A stretch of DNA of 64,000 bases from Alphaproteobacteria bacterium (GTDB taxonomy: Bacteria > Pseudomonadota > Alphaproteobacteria > UBA828): NCBI GenBank assembly GCA_965237415.1, contig CBDEFM010000002.1, positions 2,432,001 through 2,496,000 on the forward strand. Direction: 5' to 3'. The notes beneath the pieces were generated by a model. That model searched no databases, was not told where the DNA came from, and saw only the letters and a list, made by a program, of their open reading frames with translations. Positions 1 through 8,066 of this stretch are shown piece by piece; positions within the stretch are counted from its first letter, which is position 1, and each line of letters begins with the position of its first letter. The position numbers and the translations under genes are program-made.

Positions 1-1457
1 CCAATCAGCCCAGCCAACGCCGAACGGGCGCGGGGCTTGAGCTCGTCGGTCTCGATCAACCGCTCCGCTGCACGATGGAGGGAGAGGCCGGCCGCGCGCG
101 AAAGCTCGTGGACCGGGCGCAGCGAGGCCTCGCCGAGGCCGCGCTTGGGCAGGTTCACGATGCGCTCGAAGGCGAGGTCGTCGTCGGGGCGCATCACAGC
201 GCGGATGTACGCCACGGCGTCCCGGATCTCCTGGCGCTCGTAGAAGCGCAGGCCGCCGATCACGCGGTAGGGCAGGCCGATGCTGAGGAATCGCTCCTCG
301 AACGCGCGGGTCTGGAAGCCGGCGCGGACGAGAATGGCGATACTGTCGAGGCTCTCGCCCCCACGCTGCAGCGCCTCGATGGCCTCTCCGACGGCGCGCG
401 CTTCCTCATCGCCATCCCAGTTCTCGGTGATGCGGATCTTCTCGCCGTCCTCGCCCTCGGTCCAGAGCGTCTTGCCGAGGCGGCCGGCATTGTGGGCGAT
501 CAAACCCGATGCGGCGGCGAGGATGTGCCCGGTGGAGCGGTAGTTGCGCTCCAGCCGGACCACGCTTGCGCCGGGAAAATCCTGCTCGAAGCGGAGGATG
601 TTGCCGACCTCGGCGCCGCGCCAGCCGTAGATCGACTGATCGTCGTCGCCGACGCAGCAGATGCTGTGGTGGGTCTGCGCCAGCAGCCGGAGCCACAGGT
701 ACTGCGCGACGTTGGTGTCCTGATACTCGTCCACCAGCAGATAGCGGAAGCGCCGCTGGTAGTCGGCGAGCACGTCCGCGTGCTGCGTGAAGAGGCTCAG
801 ATTGTGCAGCAGGAGATCGCCGAAATCGGCGGCGTTCACGGTGCGGAGCCGCGCCTGATAGGCCGCGTAAAGCGCCGGCGCGCGTCCGTTCGCGTAATCG
901 GCGCCGTCCGCACCCGCTACCTTGTCGATGGTCAGCCCCCGGTCCTTCCAACGCTGGATGATGATCGAGAGAGTGCGGGCCGGCCATCGCTTCTCGTCGA
1001 TGTCCGCCGCCCGGATGATCTGCTTCAGCAGGCGGACCTGGTCGTCGGTGTCGAGGATGGTGAAGTCCGGCTTGAGCCCGGCGAGCTCGGCATGGCGACG
1101 CAAGATTCGCGCGGCCATGGCGTGGAAGGTGCCAAGCCAGAGCCCGGCGGCGGAGCGTCCAATCAGTCGCTCCACGCGGCCGATCATTTCGCGCGCCGCC
1201 TTGTTGGTGAAGGTGACCGCGAGCACTTGCCCGGGCCGGGCGCGGCCGGTGGCGAGAATGTGGGCAAGGCGCGTGGTGAGCACGCGGGTCTTGCCGGTGC
1301 CGGCGCCCGCGAGCACGAGCAGCGGACCGTCGAGCGATTCCGCCGCCCGGCGCTGCTCCGGATTCAGGCCGTCGAGATAGGTCGACGTTGCCACCGGCGG
1401 CGGCGGGGCGTCGGGCTCGGCGGGCAGGCTGAGCGCGGGTTCGAAGGGCTCGTTCAT
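1..1457 (-). CDS. uvrD: UvrD/PcrA/Rep family ATP-dependent DNA helicase (3' end runs off the window)
   Basis: Not in the ORF track (no stop in window). Manual translation from ATG 1457: MNEPFEP...YLDGLNPEQRRAAESLDGPLLVLAGAGTGKTRVLTTR, later LAVTFTNKAAREM, LVDEYQDTN, VGDDDQSIYGWRGA, LERNYRST = SF1 helicase motifs. Confidence 0.95.
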   Translation of the reverse strand, partial: MNEPFEPALSLPAEPDAPPPPVATSTYLDGLNPEQRRAAESLDGPLLVLAGAGTGKTRVLTTRLAHILATGRARPGQVLAVTFTNKAAREMIGRVERLIGRSAAGLWLGTFHAMAARILRRHAELAGLKPDFTILDTDDQVRLLKQIIRAADIDEKRWPARTLSIIIQRWKDRGLTIDKVAGADGADYANGRAPALYAAYQARLRTVNAADFGDLLLHNLSLFTQHADVLADYQRRFRYLLVDEYQDTNVAQYLWLRLLAQTHHSICCVGDDDQSIYGWRGAEVGNILRFEQDFPGASVVRLERNYRSTGHILAAASGLIAHNAGRLGKTLWTEGEDGEKIRITENWDGDEEARAVGEAIEALQRGGESLDSIAILVRAGFQTRAFEERFLSIGLPYRVIGGLRFYERQEIRDAVAYIRAVMRPDDDLAFERIVNLPKRGLGEASLRPVHELSRAAGLSLHRAAERLIETDELKPRARSALAGLI

Positions 1458-1524
1458 GGACCACGGCGCGGGAGGATTCGCCGACTATAGCACGGGCTCG
1501 GACACCCGCGCCTGACAGGGGAGC

Positions 1525-2199
1525 TCAGGCGGCCTCAGGCTCCCGCGTGCGGTCGTAGCGCATGCCGAGGCTGTAGCGCTCGGCCGTGATCCCGTCGAGG
1601 ACGTGGAACGGGCGGTCCTTGCGGCCGTGAAAGCCGGGGGCCCGCATCAGGATTCCATCGCCGGGCCCGGCTGCGAGCACGCGGGCGCCGGTGCCGCTGC
1701 GGTCGGCGCAGAGGCCGAAGCGGCCGTCCCCGCTGAGTTGGACGATCACCACCAGGCCGACATAGCGGACATGATCCCGGTGCGGCGTGATGCCGCGCGC
1801 GCCGGGCGGATAGCGCTGTAGGACCAGGTCGTTGAGGGGCAGCGCCTCCAGCGGGGGCGACGCCATGGCACCGAGGGCTGCGGCGACCAGCCTCTCTACG
1901 GCTTGTGTCAGCTGCCAAAGGGGGTGCGGTCGGGGGATCGAGAGGCAGATGTCGAAGTCCTGATAGACCGCGCGCTCCCCCTCGCCGATGACCGGCCTTG
2001 CGCTGCGGAAGGCGAGGGCCGCGCCGGCCTCGATGAAGGTCCGGCAGTCCGCCGGTGCCAGCAGCGGCAATACCGCGGCATCCTCGCGCGCCACACGATC
2101 GAGGGCCGCAGCCATCGCGTCAGGGCCCGCGCGCAGCGTCGGCAGCCCGGTCGGTGCCGCGCCGGCTGCGTCCGTTACTGCCTCGCCGCGTCCGGTCAT
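1525..2199 (-). CDS. 2OG-Fe(II) oxygenase superfamily protein (AlkB-like)
   Basis: LNDLVLQRY...GITPHRD (HxD), distal H (RPFH) and RYSLGMR C-terminal strand. Confidence 0.7.
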   Translation of the reverse strand: MTGRGEAVTDAAGAAPTGLPTLRAGPDAMAAALDRVAREDAAVLPLLAPADCRTFIEAGAALAFRSARPVIGEGERAVYQDFDICLSIPRPHPLWQLTQAVERLVAAALGAMASPPLEALPLNDLVLQRYPPGARGITPHRDHVRYVGLVVIVQLSGDGRFGLCADRSGTGARVLAAGPGDGILMRAPGFHGRKDRPFHVLDGITAERYSLGMRYDRTREPEAA

Positions 2200-2271
2200 G
2201 GTGGCCTCCCGCTTCTCTGACTATCGCGGAAGCCGCCCCGCCATGCCAGTCCGTCGGATTGCCGTTCGCCA

Positions 2272-2480
2272 CCCACCTCTCCCTGTCCCTCTCCCCAACT
2301 ATTCATTTCCCTCGACGGCGGGCGCGAGCTCCGCTCGCTTGCCTACGCGCCATGCGGCGCGGCACGCGGTCGCGTGCTCCGGACCTGCGGTCCGGGAGGG
2401 CGGAGGGGGGACGCAGGCGTCGAGGGCGGAGCCTCCCTCTCCTCCCCTGCGGGGAGGAGAGGGCCGGGGTGAGGTGGGGG
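2272..2480. repeat. Palindromic REP/MITE-like element (CCCTCTCC...GGAGAGGG family)
   Basis: 13-bp stem hairpin CCCTCTCCTCCCC-TGC-GGGGAGGAGAGGG at 2435-2463; CCCACCTCTCCCTGTCCCTCTCC near 2272 is an imperfect inverted copy of about 2455-2479. Confidence 0.6.
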
Positions 2481-2653
2481 TGCTTGCTTCCTTCAGCCTC
2501 AGCGCGGGGCACGCTTCGCGTCTTTGACCCAGCCCTGAACCTACGCATAGAGCTAAGTCGCGGCCGCCTGCGGCATCGGCTTTGCCGCCGGTGGCCGCAG
2601 CCCTATAGTCCCGCCGCCGCACCGGCGGCAGCCATGCGGGGAGGAGTAAGGGG

Positions 2654-3649
2654 ATGGGGTCAGGGTTGGATGTCGTCGGGATCGGCAACGCGATCGTCGA
2701 TGTCGTGGCCGAGGCCGACGACGCGCTGCTCGCCGAAGAAGGCCTCCCCAAGGGCTCGATGACCCTGATCGATGCCGAGCGCGCCGAGGCGCTCCGCGCG
2801 CGCATGGGCCTCGCGGTCGAGGTCTCCGGCGGCTCGGCCGCCAACACCATGGCGGGCGTCGCCATGCTCGGCGGCGCGGCCGGCTACATCGGCAAGGTGC
2901 GGGACGATGCGGCGGGTGCGGTGTTTCGCCACGACATCCAGGAGGCGGGCGTCGCCTTCCCCACCCCGGCGGCGGCGGACGGCGCGGCGACCGCGCGTTG
3001 CCTGATCTTCGTGACCCCCGACGCCCAGCGCACGATGAACACCCATCTCGGCGCCTGTGTCGAGCTCGGCCCCGGCGATATCGATCCGGACTTCATCGCG
3101 AGCGCCCGGCTGCTCTACATGGAGGGCTATCTCTGGGACCCTCCGGCGGCCAAGGAGGCCTTTCGCAAGGCACTCGGGATCGCCCACGCGGCAGGCGGGC
3201 GGGTCTGCCTCTCGCTCTCCGACAGCTTCTGCGTGGACCGCCACCGGGCGGAGCTTCGCGAGCTGGTGGCGAACCACATCGATGTGCTGTTCGCGAACGA
3301 GGACGAAGCGATGGCGCTTTACGAAGTGCGGGACTTCGACGCGGCCCTCGCCGCCGCCCGCGCGGACTGCGCCATCGCGGCCCTCACCCGAAGCGCCCAG
3401 GGCTCCGTGGTCGCAGGCGACGGCGCGGTCCACACCATCGAGGCGGCGCCCATCGCCCGGCTGGTCGATACCACCGGCGCAGGCGACCTCTACGCCGCAG
3501 GCTTCCTCCTAGGATTGGCCCGGGGCTTCGACCTCGCCCGCTGCGGCCGCCTCGCCTCGCTCACGGCGGGCGAGATCCTCGGCCACTACGGCGCCCGGCC
3601 CGAGGCGGACATCGCCCCCTTCGTCGACGCGAGCCAGCATCCGCTTTAG
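2654..3649 (+). CDS. Adenosine kinase / PfkB family carbohydrate kinase
   Basis: GIGNAIVD, SGGSAANT, DTTGAGDLYAAGF PfkB signature; GGAGGAG RBS upstream. Confidence 0.9.
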   Translation: MGSGLDVVGIGNAIVDVVAEADDALLAEEGLPKGSMTLIDAERAEALRARMGLAVEVSGGSAANTMAGVAMLGGAAGYIGKVRDDAAGAVFRHDIQEAGVAFPTPAAADGAATARCLIFVTPDAQRTMNTHLGACVELGPGDIDPDFIASARLLYMEGYLWDPPAAKEAFRKALGIAHAAGGRVCLSLSDSFCVDRHRAELRELVANHIDVLFANEDEAMALYEVRDFDAALAAARADCAIAALTRSAQGSVVAGDGAVHTIEAAPIARLVDTTGAGDLYAAGFLLGLARGFDLARCGRLASLTAGEILGHYGARPEADIAPFVDASQHPL

Positions 3650-3721
3650 CCCGAAATTCTAGGGGATTATATGGTCGGGAGGCGGTTGCGGTGGCGAGAA
3701 TTGACTGCTGATTGACAGGGG

Positions 3722-4084
3722 CTAGGAACCGCCAATCAGGGCCTTGCTCGCTGCTTCCGTCGGGAAATGGTGTGCGTCAGATTCTTTGAATCCCCGAAAG
3801 ACGCCAAGCAGCACAAACACTATAATAATGGTGATGCCTAAAAGTGGTGCAATCGCCAAAAGGATGAACAAGTCGCTGATTTCAGTTTGGCATTCGAGAA
3901 GATACTGTAATAGACGCCATTCCAGGACGCCATACGCTATAATGACAGTACCGGCCGCAATAACCGCTATCCAGCGAAGCCATATTCTTTGGCTTGCCGC
4001 TTGCAGAGCATAGTCCGGAGTGCTCCGATCCAAGCTTTCTGCTTCAATTACTGCATCCGGGTCTTGGGATGGCACGTCAGGCAT
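3722..4084 (-). CDS. Hypothetical two-TM membrane protein, candidate toxin partner of the Panacea protein
   Basis: 120 aa from ATG 4084, two hydrophobic segments (WIAVIAAGTVIIAYGVL; LFILLAIAPLLGITIIIVFVLLGVF); start overlaps upstream stop (ATGCCTGA). Confidence 0.7.
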   Translation of the reverse strand: MPDVPSQDPDAVIEAESLDRSTPDYALQAASQRIWLRWIAVIAAGTVIIAYGVLEWRLLQYLLECQTEISDLFILLAIAPLLGITIIIVFVLLGVFRGFKESDAHHFPTEAASKALIGGS

Positions 4085-4568
4085 TCTGCGCCCGCGCCAG
4101 CTTGTCCTTATAGTGTGCGGCGATGATATCGTCAGGAATGGGTTGGAACTTTGCCCCCTGCCGATACACCGTGTGCCACGGGCCACCCTTGATGTGCGTT
4201 AGGCGAGACAACTGAGAGGCAGACAATTCTTTATAAAGATCATCTACTTGCACCAATAGAGATTCAATGTCGCCCTCTAATGTGCGCTCGTGCATGTCCA
4301 ATGGGCGGATATCGTGAACACCCCGCGGACGAAAGGCATGATAGATAGCCGGGATCACTGGTCCGTAGTCCCACGCTTCAATACGGTCCTGTATCAATGG
4401 GCGGTCTCGCACCGCAAGGCACCATCCATGTGCCATATACACGATCTTCAGCACATGCATGATCGACATTGATCGGCCGCGCGCGTGCGCTCGACGGATA
4501 AACCAGTTGGCTATCTGCCGGCTATCGTATGGATGCGGCGTTTGTTGCTGTTGGGTTGCGAGTGCCAT
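4077..4568 (-). CDS. Panacea domain (DUF4065, SocA/GepA-like) antitoxin
   Basis: IANWFI, VLKIVYMAHGW, IEAWDYGPVIPAIYHAF, LSRLTH..GGPW motifs. Confidence 0.88.
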   Translation of the reverse strand: MALATQQQQTPHPYDSRQIANWFIRRAHARGRSMSIMHVLKIVYMAHGWCLAVRDRPLIQDRIEAWDYGPVIPAIYHAFRPRGVHDIRPLDMHERTLEGDIESLLVQVDDLYKELSASQLSRLTHIKGGPWHTVYRQGAKFQPIPDDIIAAHYKDKLARAQNA

Positions 4569-4592
4569 TGCAGTTCTCCGGAGGCTACCCGG

Positions 4593-4757
4593 TTATGGCT
4601 CCACCTCCCCTTTGGCCTGACGCCGCTCAGCGCCGCCGCGCGTGACGGCCCACGCCAACGCTTTGGGCGTGGCATCGATGCTCACGTCCTCTTCCATGTC
4701 GGATTTGGTGGGTTGGTGGGCGGCCGGGTCGCTGACCCTCATGCCTTCCTCTACCAT
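4593..4757 (-). CDS. Small hypothetical protein (54 aa) within the IS1595-type cassette
   Basis: GGAGGGAG RBS before ATG 4757; HQPTKSDMEEDVSIDATPKALAWAV resembles small ORFs I recall next to IS1595 transposases (unverified). Confidence 0.5.
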   Translation of the reverse strand: MVEEGMRVSDPAAHQPTKSDMEEDVSIDATPKALAWAVTRGGAERRQAKGEVEP

Positions 4758-5135
4758 CGCCTCCCTCCGTGACGCCGTGTGCCACACGATGGTCATTATG
4801 GTAACGCACTAGCCATCCTTGCACACACTGTGTGCATGGGACACCCCCAAAATGTGCATGCGTGACATTTTCGGCACGGCCATGCCTAATAGCGCATGGA
4901 CGTCGCAGAGGCCGGCATATGGGGAGCTTCGGCACTATTCGATATAATTCCCAAATTCTAACCTGGACCATGGTGCGGTGCAGGGCGCGTGCCGCCGGTG
5001 CCAGTATCGCGCCATGCGTCGACTATGTTCCCGCGCGCGTATCCGCGCGACTTACCGCGCGCACGCGACTCATATTCTGCGCCCGCGACCTTTCAGGCGC
5101 GGGCGACTCGGGCGTGCGCGTCCCTGTCCCGAGGA

Positions 5136-5280
5136 ATCCCACTTATCCCACTTAATCCCGCCGAATCCCGCCCACAAATTAAGTTGCAAGACTCGATATT
5201 CCGGGCGCACGACCCTGCGGGCGTGCGCGACATCCCACTTATCCCACTTAATCCCGGCGAATCCCGCCCAAGAATTAAGT
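5136..5280. repeat. Two ~49-bp direct repeats, each made of four ATCCC units at 9-10 bp period
   Basis: ATCCCACTTATCCCACTTAATCCCGCCGAATCCCGCCCACAAATTAAGT (5136) and ATCCCACTTATCCCACTTAATCCCGGCGAATCCCGCCCAAGAATTAAGT (5232). Confidence 0.9.
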
Positions 5281-5335
5281 GTTGAGCCCGAGGCGGGGGG
5301 TGGAACCGGATCGCGACCCTGGCGAGATTTCCGGG

Positions 5336-6415
5336 CTATGCGACCTTCGGCAGAACCTCGTTCTTGAGCAGTGCCATGGATTCGTACCAGGCCTCGTAGG
5401 GATCCCAGTCGTGCCCCATGGCGAGCAGCGTTCCGAAGGGGCCGATCTCGCCCCGCAGGTCGTTCAGCTTCTGCGCGACCTCGTCGACGCTGCCGACGAT
5501 GAAGACGTTGTCCACGAGGTACTCGATGGTCACGTCGCTGTCGGGCATGTCCCGATCGTTCTTCAGCAGGGGGAGCATCCCGACCTTGGGCAGGAGGCGG
5601 AGGAAGTAGTCGCGGAAATCGCGGGCGAGGACCCCCTCGCACGCAAGCTTCCGGGCCTTGGCGCCGGTTTCCGCCACCACGACCTCACGGGCGACGCGCC
5701 ACACGCTGGCATCGGGGGTACGGCCCGCCTCGCGCGCTCCTTCCTCGATCGCGTCCCAGTGCGTCTTGAGCAGCACCGGGGGCACGAGGTTGATGGACAT
5801 GGGCATCCAGCCCTTGGCGGCGGCCATCTTCAGCGTGGACGAGCGGGGCGAGACGCCGGCGACACCGATCGGGGGATGCGGCTTCTGGTAGGGGCGAACG
5901 TGTGCTCTCAGCCCGATGTCTGTCTCGGTCTCGGGCACGGTGAAGCGAAAGCCGTCGCTCTCGTAGACGCCGGGCGCGGGGTCGGTCCAGAGCTTCAGGA
6001 TCGTGTCCAGCGCGGCCCGCGTGTAGCTCTGGTTGTTGATGGCGGGGTTGTCGCCCCAATAGCCGAAGACCTGCATGTCGCCGGGGAAGCTGCCGGTGCC
6101 GACACCCCAGTTGAAGCGGCCCTCCGCCATGTGGTCGAGCTGCGCGATCCGGTGGGCGAGAACGAAGGGATCGTGGTTCGGGATACAGCTCACGCCCGTG
6201 CCCAGCCTGATCTGCTTGGTGAGCGGGATCGCCTGCGCGATGAGCAGGTCCGGCGCGGGGATGTTCTCCCACTCCGACGTGAAGTGCTCGCCGATCCAGA
6301 CCTCGGCGTAACCGAGCTCGTCGAGCTTGACGATCTGATCCAGGTCCGCCTTGAGCGTCTCGGTGAAGTTCGCGCCCGGCGGGTGCAGCGGCATGGTGAA
6401 AAGACCGAGTTGCAT
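5336..6415 (-). CDS. LLM-class (luciferase-like) flavin-dependent monooxygenase
   Basis: MQLGLFTMPLHPP, WIGEHF, IRLGTGV, AQLDHMAEGRFNWGVG, RPYQKPHPPI. Confidence 0.9.
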   Translation of the reverse strand: MQLGLFTMPLHPPGANFTETLKADLDQIVKLDELGYAEVWIGEHFTSEWENIPAPDLLIAQAIPLTKQIRLGTGVSCIPNHDPFVLAHRIAQLDHMAEGRFNWGVGTGSFPGDMQVFGYWGDNPAINNQSYTRAALDTILKLWTDPAPGVYESDGFRFTVPETETDIGLRAHVRPYQKPHPPIGVAGVSPRSSTLKMAAAKGWMPMSINLVPPVLLKTHWDAIEEGAREAGRTPDASVWRVAREVVVAETGAKARKLACEGVLARDFRDYFLRLLPKVGMLPLLKNDRDMPDSDVTIEYLVDNVFIVGSVDEVAQKLNDLRGEIGPFGTLLAMGHDWDPYEAWYESMALLKNEVLPKVA

Positions 6416-6496
6416 AGAACCGTCTCCAGCCGTGTTCATCCACAGAATGCGCTCAGGATACCGGGGACGTCACGCCCTCGCGAATCCCGGCGCTGT

Positions 6497-7465
6497 CTAG
6501 CTCGGCGGCGGCGCGCCGGCCTTGGCGGCGATGGTGGCGCGGGCGACCTTGGCCTCGCGGTAGGCGAGGTAGAGGGTGCTCGCGAAGATGACGACGCCGC
6601 CGATCCAGACGTAGAGCACCGGGATTTCGTTGAACAGCAGGTAGCCGTAGAGCGACGACCATATCAGGCGGAGGAAATCGACCGGGAGCACGACCGTCGC
6701 GTCCGCCTCGCGGAAGGCCTGGGCCAGGCAAAGATGGCCGAGGGTGCCCACGCTCCCCATCAGCGCGAACCAGCCAAGGTCCTCCAGCGTCGGCCATTGC
6801 CAGACGAAGGCCGCCGCGATCGACGAAAGCGGTGTAAGGAAGACCGCCATGTAGGCGGTCATCGTCAGGCTCGATTCCGTGCGCGACAGCAGCTTGATGA
6901 GGATCAACGCCGCGGCCCAAACGGCCGAGGAGCCGAGCACCAGAAGCGAGCCGGGGTCGAGCGCCGCCATGCCGGGGCGGATGATCACGAGCGCGCCTGC
7001 GAAGCCCGCGATGAGCGCGACGATACGCCGGACGCGCACCGCCTCGCCGAGCAGGAGCACCGCACCCACAGTGACAAAGAGCGGCGCCGTGAAGCTCAGA
7101 GCGGCGACGGTGCCGAGTGGCGTGATCGGCACCGCCAAGAAAAACATCAGCATGGCCGCGATGTGGACCGCACCGCGTGCGGCATGGAGCGGAAGCTTGC
7201 GCGTGTGCAGCGCCCCGAAGCCGTGGCGCAGCAGGAACGGCGCGATGAAGACGAGGCCGAAGAGATTGCGGAAGAAAGCGACTTCGAAGGGGTGCTGCTC
7301 GCTCGATGCGATGCGGATCACGGCGTGCATCGACGCGAAGCCGATGGTGGCCCCCAGCAACAGCAGCATGCCGCGCGTCGGCGGCGGCAGGGCAAGGTAG
7401 GCGGCGAGCAGCGGCGCGAGCGGCCCGGCCCAGCGCGGCAGGCCGGCCGGCGGGGGGCTAGTCAC
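6497..7465 (-). CDS. DMT/EamA family transporter (start uncertain)
   Basis: About 10 TM segments, EVAFFRNLFG, two EamA repeats; the listed GTG start lies inside the MITE IR. Confidence 0.88.
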   Translation of the reverse strand: MTSPPPAGLPRWAGPLAPLLAAYLALPPPTRGMLLLLGATIGFASMHAVIRIASSEQHPFEVAFFRNLFGLVFIAPFLLRHGFGALHTRKLPLHAARGAVHIAAMLMFFLAVPITPLGTVAALSFTAPLFVTVGAVLLLGEAVRVRRIVALIAGFAGALVIIRPGMAALDPGSLLVLGSSAVWAAALILIKLLSRTESSLTMTAYMAVFLTPLSSIAAAFVWQWPTLEDLGWFALMGSVGTLGHLCLAQAFREADATVVLPVDFLRLIWSSLYGYLLFNEIPVLYVWIGGVVIFASTLYLAYREAKVARATIAAKAGAPPPS

Positions 7466-7587
7466 CTGACACTGAAGTTGAGATCATTTTCAATTGGCAG
7501 TGTCGTCACACTAAGTCGCTCTATTGTCGAAGAATGTGGTCGTGCAATATAGTTGTCTTTATGTGGCGAACTTCAGATTCAGGTGAC
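7461..7587. mobile_element. 127-bp MITE with 19-bp imperfect terminal IRs and TA duplication
   Basis: GTCACCTGACACTGAAGTT (7461-7479) vs reverse complement of 7569-7587 GTCACCTGAATCTGAAGTT (17/19); TA at 7459-60 and 7588-89 in CTAG context; AT-rich interior. Confidence 0.82.
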
Positions 7588-7982
7588 TAGGGACGCGGCT
7601 TCTCCTCGGTGGGGCCGCCGGCCTCCTTCCACGCACCGAAGCCGCCCGCGATGTGCGCGACCGGCGCAAACCCCATGTTCTGCGCCGCCTGTGTGGCCAG
7701 CGCCGAGCGCATGCCGCCTGCGCAGAAGAAAACGAACTTCTTGCCGCTCGCGAAGAAGGGCTTGTGATAGGGACTATCGGGGTCGATCCAGAATTCGATC
7801 ATGCCCCGCGGCACGTGGCGTGCGCCGGGGACGGCACCTTCCCGCCAAAGCTCCCGGATATCGCGGATATCGACGAGCTCGATGTCGGGGTCATCCATCA
7901 GCGCGATGGCCTCCTCGGCCGAGAGGGTTTCGATCTCGGCCTCGGCCTCGGCCACCAGCTGCTCGATTCCCTTGGTGATCAT
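7587..7982 (-). CDS. Rhodanese-like domain protein
   Basis: LVDIRD, GAVPGARHVPRG, active-site FCAGGMRSALA. Confidence 0.9.
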   Translation of the reverse strand: MITKGIEQLVAEAEAEIETLSAEEAIALMDDPDIELVDIRDIRELWREGAVPGARHVPRGMIEFWIDPDSPYHKPFFASGKKFVFFCAGGMRSALATQAAQNMGFAPVAHIAGGFGAWKEAGGPTEEKPRP

Positions 7983-8066
7983 GGCTCCTCCTTGCCGCGC
8001 ACTGGAGCGCCGCGATGATGGCCGATCCTTGGCGTTGCCGACAGCGGCCGGCGCACTCGGGCCGCG

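Larger units (their letters stand above)
3662..4952. mobile_element. Non-autonomous IS1595-type insertion cassette with passenger genes, no transposase
   Basis: Terminal IRs GGGGATTATAT (3662-3672) and ATATAATTCCC (4942-4952), 10/11 match; perfect 8-bp flanking direct repeat AAATTCTA at 3654-3661 and 4953-4960; interior visibly lower GC. Confidence 0.85.

Noticed and set aside
75-1490. Long ORFs antisense to real genes (also 5279-7552, 11446-13200, 27436-29115, 37912-39906, 57792-60026, 60745-62568)
   Set aside because: Shadow ORFs expected at high GC with C/G-ending codons; no motifs, and they overlap well-supported genes
4760-4940. Transposase remnant inside the IS1595-type cassette
   Set aside because: No convincing zinc-finger or DDE motif in the listed frames; cannot be supported without a search
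5136-5280. Possible CRISPR mini-array (two repeats with a ~47-bp spacer)
   Set aside because: Only two units, repeats are internally periodic rather than palindromic, and no cas genes in the window
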